Shown here piece after piece: positions 9,248-16,901 of a stretch of 53,015 bases of DNA. The notes under the pieces were generated by a model that saw only the letters and a list, made by a program, of their open reading frames with translations, did no database searches and was not told the DNA's origin. Within the stretch, counting starts at the first letter, position 1, and each line of letters starts with the position of its first letter. The stretch is from a virus. Its lineage: Duplodnaviria; Caudoviricetes. The stretch covers positions 1-53,015 of the IMG/VR virus record IMGVR_UViG_3300006641_004726. One strand, written 5' to 3'. The translations under genes were made by a program, and so were the position numbers.

Positions 9248-12087
9248 AGCGCTAGGGTTCCCTGACCATAGGAGACGGGCTGGAGAGCCTCCTTAGATGC
9301 GGTGGCGAAGGAGAGTTGGGGGACTTGAGTGGTGTAGTCGGTGTTCTCCCACACGAACGTGGAAGTGTTTCCTCTAAGATTGGCCTGAGTGAGGGAGATT
9401 TGGGCGATGCCAAGTTTGATTCCGCTCGTGTCCGGCCCATTGGGCGCTTTGATCTGCTCCTCGCAGGAGTATTTGTTCACCACGCGCAGAAGGTTCCCAC
9501 TCAGTTCCTCTAGACGGGCTGTAGCCGTCACTTTCTCACCGTCCCAGTTGTACACGGGACTGGACGCGGTGAAGTATCGCATGGTCCGATAGACATTCTT
9601 GCCATCTTCCGAGATGACGATGTCTTCAACCGGTCTTTCTCCAGTAGCGCTGAAGAACGGGATGGACTGTCGCCCACTTAGTTCTGAGGGAACAAGGACG
9701 CCAGCGCGAATGTACACTCCGGGCGTGAACACAGGAGAGAAGTGACGCGTAGTAAGGTACGAAACCACCGAGCCACTCTCGCGGAAGAGAGTCGTGTCAC
9801 CTGGGGAGAAGACGAACATCTTTTCAGGACCACACACGGTGGACCTTCCGGTCTCCGGATTCTGTGACGTCTGCTCGTAGAAAGCCTGGGACAGCGCGGC
9901 GTTGGTGTCCACACGGGAGATAACTCCAGCGGCTACCATCTCATCTGGATCAGCCGTCCAAGGGGTGAAGCCTGTGAGGGTGAAGTAGATCTCAGCGTTT
10001 GAACCCGAAGTCTCGTAGTAAGTCAGGTAGGTGCGAGGGGCAAATCGTGGCGAATACTGGAATAGAGGCAGCGGCCTCAAGCCATTAGACGCAGAGACAC
10101 TGGAGATGGTGCCATTATCAATGAGCTGGGAGAAGCTCTCAGCGAGAGATCTGCCCGCAGACGGCAAGAAGGTGAAATCGTCATTGACGTAGGCGTACCT
10201 GACAATGACGCCAAGAGATGTGTCGATGTAGTAGTAGTAAGGATCCACCTCTTCGTTGGTGCCACCCCCGAGAGTCGGCGTGCGGATCCAAGACCCCGCG
10301 GCGTAAGAGCCACCCGCCTTGAGGTAAGGCACACTCACACTCACATCTGAGATGATGTCCTGGTTCTGACCGCCAGACACTGTGTCGGAGGACGGTTGGA
10401 GAGTGAAGTCGGCATTCACAACGAAGCAATACCAGTTCTCTCGGTAGTAGAGGTTGTCCACTCCCGGGGGCTCAAAGAATAGCCGGTCACAGGGAGCACC
10501 GTCAGGAGCCAGTTCCTGGTCCATCAAGATCACGTCAGGATCGTAGAACCCTGTGTTCTGGTTGTTGGCATAGTAGTCGTTGCCGACCTGCCAGGGAACG
10601 AAGTCTTTTGGTGCCGAAATGTCACCGTTGAGGATGAAGACGGCTGGGGACAAAGCAGCGTCAGAGAACGAGAAATTCCTGAGAACGACCAGGAGCGAGT
10701 TCTCAACGTCGGGATTCCTGAAGACTTGGCCCATGGTGTAAGTCCCAGGTGCCCACGGGAGGATTTTCTCCAGACGCAGATTCCCGTAGAGGAGCTGCGC
10801 TGTCTTTTCAGAGCTGTAGGGAGTGAAAGCCTTCACCACCGGCCACGCGAGGTCAGTCGTGGAGAGGGAAGGATCACCCACGGTCAGGAGATCGTGGATC
10901 GAGAATACGTTCTGTTGGGTCGTAAAGTTTGCCACTCTGGCGTTGAGAACGGACGTCTGGTTGACGCCCAATGGTGTGTTGTATGCACGCGCGGCGATGA
11001 TGTCAGGTTCCGAGTAGCGGACGTCGGCTGGGAAAGTCTCCGTGAGGGCTGAGTCTACATCTGCAACAGTCGGATCGTAACCGGACGGAAACTTGGCCCC
11101 CGGTGTCAGGATACTGAAGAGGCGGTCGCGTATGTTCAACGAGAACGCCTTCAGATTGGCCGCGTAGTCAGCACTCGGCTGGTATGAGAGGTCGATCTCA
11201 TACTGGACTTGGCTGAGGTTGATCGGGTAGACGTGGCCCTGCATCTCCAGTGGCATGGAGAAGTCTACCACATTCTGAGCGCGTTGCACCTGCTCAGAGG
11301 TTGGCTCCGTGCCGTCAGGATTGAGGAAGAAGAACGAGATGTGGCCGTCAGCGCGAACGTAGTCATTGAGCCAAATGTATGACTCCTGCGCCGACCGGTT
11401 GGGGAGAACGGCTGTGAATGTGCCGGCGCCAAACAGATCATCGAAGAGATCCTGCCAGTCCTGGGCAGAGACCGGGTTGCGACGGCGGATGAGTGTGAAG
11501 AAACGCTCCTTGACGACGTCAAGGGTCTCCACATCGGAACCGCCGACGGCCGCGATCTCGTTGGTGACCGCTGTGACCTGGATGTCAAGCCCAGAACTCT
11601 GGGTGATCGTGTTGGGTGCGACGTTGTTGAACGTGCCAATCAACACAGACGAGGCAGGGACCATTCCCACCGACTCGCCCGGTGGGTAGACCAAATCCTG
11701 TGTTGTCACAAAGGTGACCGACTCGCCGCCTGTCAGGTTGGGATCTGTCGTGAACTCAGTGCCAGCAAGGATGGACGTCTGGAACTGCTGGGGTGCGATC
11801 GCAATGGTGAGGCGGGTTGTCGCTGGTGTGCCCAGACGACGCATGGCGCCAAGGAATGGGCCGATCCACTCGATGAGAATCGACTCGGGAAGCTGGTTGG
11901 CCCAGAAGAGAAACTCACTCTGAGCAAATGCCTGACCCTCAATCAGGGCCATCATGGGGTTGCCAGCACTGAAGTCATTCAGTTTGGCATTTGAAGCATC
12001 GTAGACCCTCTTCGCAGCCTCGTTAACAAGCTGCGACTCATTCCGAGGGTCAATGTTTACCGCCGGTAGCGGAGCGTAGCGAGGCAT
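9244..12087 (-). CDS. Baseplate J/gp47-like wedge protein with long C-terminal extension (947 aa)
   Basis: LNDFSAGNPMMALIE, GTFNNVAPNTI, VTNEIAAVGGSDVET and RRNPVSAQDW are baseplate-J motifs. Confidence 0.85.
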   Translation of the reverse strand: MPRYAPLPAVNIDPRNESQLVNEAAKRVYDASNAKLNDFSAGNPMMALIEGQAFAQSEFLFWANQLPESILIEWIGPFLGAMRRLGTPATTRLTIAIAPQQFQTSILAGTEFTTDPNLTGGESVTFVTTQDLVYPPGESVGMVPASSVLIGTFNNVAPNTITQSSGLDIQVTAVTNEIAAVGGSDVETLDVVKERFFTLIRRRNPVSAQDWQDLFDDLFGAGTFTAVLPNRSAQESYIWLNDYVRADGHISFFFLNPDGTEPTSEQVQRAQNVVDFSMPLEMQGHVYPINLSQVQYEIDLSYQPSADYAANLKAFSLNIRDRLFSILTPGAKFPSGYDPTVADVDSALTETFPADVRYSEPDIIAARAYNTPLGVNQTSVLNARVANFTTQQNVFSIHDLLTVGDPSLSTTDLAWPVVKAFTPYSSEKTAQLLYGNLRLEKILPWAPGTYTMGQVFRNPDVENSLLVVLRNFSFSDAALSPAVFILNGDISAPKDFVPWQVGNDYYANNQNTGFYDPDVILMDQELAPDGAPCDRLFFEPPGVDNLYYRENWYCFVVNADFTLQPSSDTVSGGQNQDIISDVSVSVPYLKAGGSYAAGSWIRTPTLGGGTNEEVDPYYYYIDTSLGVIVRYAYVNDDFTFLPSAGRSLAESFSQLIDNGTISSVSASNGLRPLPLFQYSPRFAPRTYLTYYETSGSNAEIYFTLTGFTPWTADPDEMVAAGVISRVDTNAALSQAFYEQTSQNPETGRSTVCGPEKMFVFSPGDTTLFRESGSVVSYLTTRHFSPVFTPGVYIRAGVLVPSELSGRQSIPFFSATGERPVEDIVISEDGKNVYRTMRYFTASSPVYNWDGEKVTATARLEELSGNLLRVVNKYSCEEQIKAPNGPDTSGIKLGIAQISLTQANLRGNTSTFVWENTDYTTQVPQLSFATASKEALQPVSYGQGTLAL

Positions 12088-12093
12088 GGCTTA

Positions 12094-12636
12094 TCAACCA
12101 ACAGGGCACTGGTCGCTGGCGGGAGTTCCAGCGTAGTTATTGCACGCGGAATCGGCACGGGCGTAGTAGCCGTTATCGATAAACAACGTGGCGAAGCGCT
12201 GGACGAGGATCTCTTTCGTAATTAGGTCAGCATCACTCAGAGCGCTGAACTTTTGGTCGAAAGACGGGTTCGGCACGCCGCCCGCAAAGTTGAACTTGCT
12301 GTTGGTCGTGAAGGAGAGCGGGGCGTTGTACGGGTTATTGGCCGGGATGCCAAGATCGAAACAGCTAGCCCCAGTAGTTTGCTCGAAACCAAAGTTCCAA
12401 GGGCCAGTAACAGTTTTCCCGCCGGAAATGGTGGGGGTGTTATAGCAGCCTGACTGCTCACCAGCCAGAGTCACATAGCGGGCGTCAAGGCCGTTGGGAC
12501 CGCTGAACTGCATCGAGTCCAGTCCCAACTGCGGGTAGTGCCAGTCTAGATCGGCACCATCGAAATATATTTGCTTCGCTCCGTTCAGCCACTGAGAGGT
12601 GACAATTACACCACTTGAAAAGGTCGTCTTAGCGAT
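12094..12636 (-). CDS. Tail fibre-like structural protein, apparently starting at non-canonical ATC
   Basis: The frame is open 36 codons above the ORF-track TTG: (I)AKTTFSSGVIVTSQWLNGAKQIYFDG. No ATG/GTG/TTG occurs before the upstream in-frame TGA. Confidence 0.6.
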   Translation of the reverse strand: MAKTTFSSGVIVTSQWLNGAKQIYFDGADLDWHYPQLGLDSMQFSGPNGLDARYVTLAGEQSGCYNTPTISGGKTVTGPWNFGFEQTTGASCFDLGIPANNPYNAPLSFTTNSKFNFAGGVPNPSFDQKFSALSDADLITKEILVQRFATLFIDNGYYARADSACNNYAGTPASDQCPVG

Positions 12637-12640
12637 GGTA

Positions 12641-13213
12641 CTACCCCGCTTTACGGGTCAACTCTGAAAAGGTTTTACCCTGTATGATGTGCTTGAGCAT
12701 GTTTTCTATGGTTCTGACCGGGACTCCAAACTCTTTTGCCAGCCTCCCCTTGCCCCAATGATAGGATGATCGAGACTCGTATCTCAATTTCACTTCATTG
12801 AAAAGTTCTTCTGACCAGTGTTTTCTTTTATGTGGATGCCCCGTAATAGCCGCAGCAGCCCGCCCGGGGGCGTTGTTTCGCTTATGGCCGCTCTTCCCCA
12901 ATGACTGGATTTGGGATTTGTCCCGAGTTTTCCAAAGCTCCACCATTCGCTCAGAGTTATTGTCTTTCCATTGCTGTGTATGCTGTTTTCCAGTAAATCG
13001 ACGTGCTCTACTAGATAGTTCAGCCCAAATCTCTTCCTTTCCTTTGATTCCTAACAGCCCTTGCGCGGCCAGTAAATCTCTCTGATCACCCTTTTCCAAG
13101 TATCGCAAATTGTGCAAAAACGCGTGCATAGCAACGTTCACACGCACACGGTTATTAGGGGAGTCATCTCCACCGTCGTACTTAGGGGTTAAGTGGTGAG
13201 TGTGAAAGATCAT
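12641..13213 (-). CDS. Free-standing HNH homing endonuclease
   Basis: HHLTPKYDGGDDSPNN...HAFLH motif, basic NUMOD-like linker and C-terminal HTH (LAKEFGVPVRTIENM). Visibly AT-richer than its flanks. Confidence 0.85.
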   Translation of the reverse strand: MIFHTHHLTPKYDGGDDSPNNRVRVNVAMHAFLHNLRYLEKGDQRDLLAAQGLLGIKGKEEIWAELSSRARRFTGKQHTQQWKDNNSERMVELWKTRDKSQIQSLGKSGHKRNNAPGRAAAAITGHPHKRKHWSEELFNEVKLRYESRSSYHWGKGRLAKEFGVPVRTIENMLKHIIQGKTFSELTRKAG

Positions 13214-13214
13214 G

Positions 13215-13247
13215 AAAAAAGGCCCCGAAGAGCGGACTCTTGGGGCC
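13215..13247 (-). terminator. Intrinsic terminator downstream of tail tube gene
   Basis: GGCCCCAAGAG-TCCG-CTCTTCGGGGCC followed by TTTTTT. Confidence 0.85.
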
Positions 13248-13287
13248 AGTGTAGAAAACGGGATCTGAAAGAAACCTCCCAGAAGTC

Positions 13288-13731
13288 TTAGTTTCTTTCC
13301 CAGTAGTTAACTGTCATCGAGACTTCTATGGTCTGAACATCTCCGGAGTCGCGAGCGACTTCGCCGGTGGTGATGCTGGTCAGCAGGCATTCGTAGAGAA
13401 TGTACTGACCGCCGCCAGGACCAGACTGGAGACCGTCACAGCTGCGAGGAGTCACCGTTACGGTGATCTTCTGACAGTTGTAGTCGATCCAGAACTGCTC
13501 GAGAGGTTTGAAGATCGCTGGGTCGTACGGCGCGCCGAGAGTGATCTCGTCAGCAGTACGGGGACCAACAACGTGGTAGATCCGGTTTCCTGTGCCGTTG
13601 GCGTAGGTGGACGAGTCGCTGGAGTCCTGAACTCCGGAGAACTCGGTGAAGACCGCAGTGAAGGTCGGACCGCCAGCAGCGGTGAAAGACACTTCGTATT
13701 GGGCCTTTGTTAGTGGGCGCAGAATAGCCAT
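13288..13731 (-). CDS. Tail tube protein
   Basis: 147 aa with a FTEFSGV...ITLGAPYD...YILYECLLTSITTGEVARDSGDVQTIEVSMTV tube-like pattern; follows the capsid gene. Confidence 0.7.
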   Translation of the reverse strand: MAILRPLTKAQYEVSFTAAGGPTFTAVFTEFSGVQDSSDSSTYANGTGNRIYHVVGPRTADEITLGAPYDPAIFKPLEQFWIDYNCQKITVTVTPRSCDGLQSGPGGGQYILYECLLTSITTGEVARDSGDVQTIEVSMTVNYWERN

Positions 13732-13759
13732 GGGATCACCTCCTTAGTTACTAGCCTTA

Positions 13760-14815
13760 TCAGGCCAGAATGTCGGTGATCATCGCGCCAGAACCGATCA
13801 GGCCGGTGGTGCCAAGGCCCACAGGATGCACAGCACGCTCGACGGTGATCTCAGCGCGGACCACACGACGCTCGCGGATGTAGTACTCAGGACGAACGGC
13901 AGGGGTGCCGGTCAGCTGGTAGGTGTAAGCGAAGGCCGGGGTAGCAGCGTTGGCGCCGCCAGCAGGCATCACAGCGTCAGAAGGACCGTTCGGGCTGTAG
14001 AACAGCAGGATGCCATTCTCAGGGAACACAGGCAGCAGCTGACCGTTCTCGGCCAGGTAGCGACCCTCGGCCACGCGGATACCGCGCTCGAGACCGAAGT
14101 AGCGAGCAAGCATGTCCACGTCGATCGAATCGGCGGTGGTGTACTTGATACGCTCAAGGATGCTCTGGTTGGTCAGCAGCTGGTCGAAGATAGCGGTACC
14201 AACGATCATCGAGTTGGGACGGATGCCGATCTGGTAGGACACGCTACGCTTCAGGGTCAGCACAGCCTCGATCGGGTTCGAGGTGGGGTCGCCCCAAGGA
14301 GCAGCACCAGCGGCAGAACCGTAGGCGGTCTGGAACTGAGTGAAGGTCTCGAAGCCGAGTCCGGTCTGGCTGCCAGGCACGCCGTTGTAAGGCTCGTAAG
14401 GGTTGAAGGAACCGGTCACGGTCACCACTTCAGCCACGGTCTTCTCGTAGGCGTTCATCAGGCGGGACATTGCGTTGCGAGTTTCAATCGCACGCAGGTC
14501 CACCTGGGCCGGACCTTCGCCAGCGTTCTCGATGACTTCTTCGGGCAGTTCCCAAGCCACCACTTCCTGTTCCAGGGCGTAGGGCTCGCTGTCGTAACGT
14601 GTCTGCACGTACGGAATGTTGGTGCCATATGCACGACGGAAGTCGTTGATGGCGAATTGCTCCTTGCCGAAGCGCAGAATGCGGCCAGCACGAGTCGGGG
14701 TGTCCACCACGGGCGCGATGAAGTTCGCGATGTTGGTGGAGGGGAGCATGAAACCTTGTGCAAGCGTCGTCAGAATTGGATCGACGCCCGCATAGGTTTG
14801 GGCTAGGTTCATCAT
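13760..14815 (-). CDS. Major capsid protein (gpE-like, HK97 fold)
   Basis: VDPILTTLAQGF...IAPVV...FGKEQF N-terminus and GIRPNSMIVG motif; 351 aa; strong codon bias; follows protease and decoration genes. Confidence 0.85.
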   Translation of the reverse strand: MMNLAQTYAGVDPILTTLAQGFMLPSTNIANFIAPVVDTPTRAGRILRFGKEQFAINDFRRAYGTNIPYVQTRYDSEPYALEQEVVAWELPEEVIENAGEGPAQVDLRAIETRNAMSRLMNAYEKTVAEVVTVTGSFNPYEPYNGVPGSQTGLGFETFTQFQTAYGSAAGAAPWGDPTSNPIEAVLTLKRSVSYQIGIRPNSMIVGTAIFDQLLTNQSILERIKYTTADSIDVDMLARYFGLERGIRVAEGRYLAENGQLLPVFPENGILLFYSPNGPSDAVMPAGGANAATPAFAYTYQLTGTPAVRPEYYIRERRVVRAEITVERAVHPVGLGTTGLIGSGAMITDILA

Positions 14816-14920
14816 GGGAGGGAGTACTCCGTAAGTCTATGAAGATGATTTCAACGGGTTGCAACCGCTTGGGCTTACGATCCTGAGAAGGAAATGCCAA
14901 GCGGAGAGCAACCAGATTAC

Positions 14921-15599
14921 TCAGCTGAAGGAAACGGTCACCATGCGACGGCCACCGATGTCGATGACTTCGCGGATGGTGGGGACAGTACCGTCGGCGG
15001 TCACGGCGGTGCCGGAAGCCGAAGCCTGACCGATGGCGTTCACCAGCAGAGGGCTGTTGTAGGTGATAGGAGCAGAAGCGGGATCCACTTCCACGAGCAG
15101 CAGACCGGAGGTAGCCACGGTAGCCAGACGAGGGGAAGCAGGAGCGTCAGCGAACAGGGGGATGAAGGCTTGGTTCACACCCAGGATGGTTGTGGGGGTA
15201 GCGCCAGGCAGGGTGCAGGTTCCCTGAGTGGTGCCAGCGCTCACGCAGCGGAACTCGCCGATAGCCACGGCAGGATCGCCAGTGAAGGTTTCCGCAAACC
15301 TGATGTCAAAATTGTTATCGTGGTGGCTCTTTATCCTCCACTTCTCCATGTTGCCATGGAGTTCAGACTATATCTTCACCCGCGTGGGGTGCCGGGCACT
15401 CGTGTCAGCCTCATCACTGGTCTAGTGGTACGCTGTTAGTCGTTGAACCTTCCGCCCATCCCTGGACGGCTTGGCTGCTGATTGTCCCAGAGGGAGATCC
15501 CAGCAATTCACCCGGTTTTTCACTCCACATTGCTGTGGAAGGCAGCTCTCAGGTCGACTGCTTGCCGTAGGCAGGTGCGGCGTTAGTCGAAGTAAACAT
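14921..15599 (-). CDS. Capsid decoration/cement protein split by group I intron (exon 1 15599-15557, exon 2 15306-14921; 142 aa spliced)
   Basis: Splicing gives MFTSTNAAPAYGKQ-Y-IRFAETFTGDPAVAIGEFRCV... in frame. Small Ala/Gly/Thr-rich protein directly upstream of the capsid gene. Confidence 0.75.
15307..15556 (-). ncRNA. Group I self-splicing intron (250 nt, no ORF, probably subgroup IA)
   Basis: P GAAUUGCUGGGA, Q AAUCAGCAGC, R GUUCAACGACUA, S AAGAUAUAGUC. P1 GCAGU/GCUGC gives the U.G pair at the 5' splice site. P2 UCCACA-GCAA-UGUGGA; P3 CCGGGU/GCCCGG; P9 CUCCAUG-GCAA-CAUGGAG; terminal G. Confidence 0.93.
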
Positions 15600-15608
15600 G
15601 TCTCAATG

Positions 15609-16043
15609 TCAATGGGACTTTAAGGGGTGGAAGGTGGCCGTTCGTCTTCCTCGAACCCATCCTTCGCCGGGGCAAGTGTGGGATCGGGTTGACTTGATGC
15701 CATTTGTCCACCAAGGCATTTTGCCCAAAGTTCGGGCGGTTTCTGCAGCAACAGCCTTTGAATGGTCAGTTGCTGGCGCGCGTCCACCTCTCTTACCCGC
15801 ATTGCTGTGGTGTTGAGGGTGTCTCGCGATCCAATCTCGTCGTGCTTCAGCGATAGCTTCGGCTTGGGTGATTTGTCCTGAGAGCGCAAAGGCTGCCAGC
15901 CAATCTCCCAGTTCTCCGTATTCGAGGTATCGTGCGAAGTGAAGTTCTGCATGTTCCTCGACCGTGACTTCGATGAGGTTGGAAGGATCGTCAGTTCCGC
16001 CAGCGTGCTTTGGCAGAATGTGGTGGGTGTGGGTGACGGCCAT
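15609..16043 (-). CDS. Free-standing HNH homing endonuclease
   Basis: HHILPKHAGGTDDPSNL...EEHAELH plus a C-terminal WWTNG...CPGEGWVRGR DNA-binding module. Confidence 0.85.
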   Translation of the reverse strand: MAVTHTHHILPKHAGGTDDPSNLIEVTVEEHAELHFARYLEYGELGDWLAAFALSGQITQAEAIAEARRDWIARHPQHHSNAGKRGGRAPATDHSKAVAAETARTLGKMPWWTNGIKSTRSHTCPGEGWVRGRRTATFHPLKSH

Positions 16044-16072
16044 GTTGTTTGTTTGGTTGAGCTGGTTTTACC

Positions 16073-16900
16073 CTAACGGTACTCAATGTGGCATCGACAA
16101 CGATCCCAGCATCGGCAGCCACGCCCAGGCATCGGTAGCGACCCGATGGGTTGCCAGCCAGCCTCGTCGTAACTCGCACAGTCCGGGCAGACGCGTTTGT
16201 CGTGGTGTGCGACGCGCCTCATCTGTCGGTAGCCCTTCTGTTGGCGGTCCATGAAGACCCCAAGGTTGAAGAAGCTGTACGCAGGGGAGGCGATGTAGCG
16301 GAGGACGCGACCGAAGAGTGAGCCCCACGTCTTTCCGACGGCTCTCTTCTGTGCGGTCTTTATCGCCGCTTGTTCGGCGGGTGTGGTGTCAAGCCACTCT
16401 TCCGGGTATTCCGGGTCGAACTCTGAGTCCACGTCAAGCACGGTGTTTAGGTCGATGGAGTCCAGGGAATTTGAGTCCCCAGCGTACACCAACTTGCGGT
16501 CATCGTCACCTTCCTCGAAGTCGACGGAGTCGTCCCCGTATTTCAGGGTCCCGTCATCGAGGTAGTCTTTGGTCTCTTTGAGGAAGACGTTCAGAGGGGG
16601 AAGCATCCCGCCCACGATGGACGGCCACGCTTTCTCCATTTTGTCTTTGGGCTGACTTTCCCCAGCGCCGAGGTAGACAGCTGCGAGGGCGGAGGTGAGG
16701 GTCTTGTCCACGAGAGCACGTTCGTACTCGTCGAACTTCATCTGCCGGTCACGAAGACCTTTGACGATGACCCGACCCTCAGCCTCCATCCTCTTCTCCA
16801 GCTCACTGAGGTCTGGGAATTTCTTCGCCAGACGCTCAGCTTGCTTGAAGTAGGTCTCCCTCTGACGGGTGGCTAGGCCAACCATCGAGAGAAGATCCAT
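16073..16900 (-). CDS. Head morphogenesis/minor head protein (Mu gpF-like)
   Basis: C-terminal DKRVCPDC...PGRGCRCWDRCRC Cys motif; lies in the head gene cluster. Confidence 0.7.
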   Translation of the reverse strand: MDLLSMVGLATRQRETYFKQAERLAKKFPDLSELEKRMEAEGRVIVKGLRDRQMKFDEYERALVDKTLTSALAAVYLGAGESQPKDKMEKAWPSIVGGMLPPLNVFLKETKDYLDDGTLKYGDDSVDFEEGDDDRKLVYAGDSNSLDSIDLNTVLDVDSEFDPEYPEEWLDTTPAEQAAIKTAQKRAVGKTWGSLFGRVLRYIASPAYSFFNLGVFMDRQQKGYRQMRRVAHHDKRVCPDCASYDEAGWQPIGSLPMPGRGCRCWDRCRCHIEYR

Positions 16901-16901
16901 C

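Noticed and set aside
12641-13287. HNH gene as cargo of a second intron that would explain the ATC start
   Set aside because: No group I P/Q/R/S or group II domain V sequence is visible, no upstream exon is apparent, and a terminator precedes the HNH.
15307-15349. ORF-track start MEKWRIKSHHDNNFD for the decoration protein
   Set aside because: It lies in the intron P9 region. The real N-terminus is exon 1 at 15599-15557.
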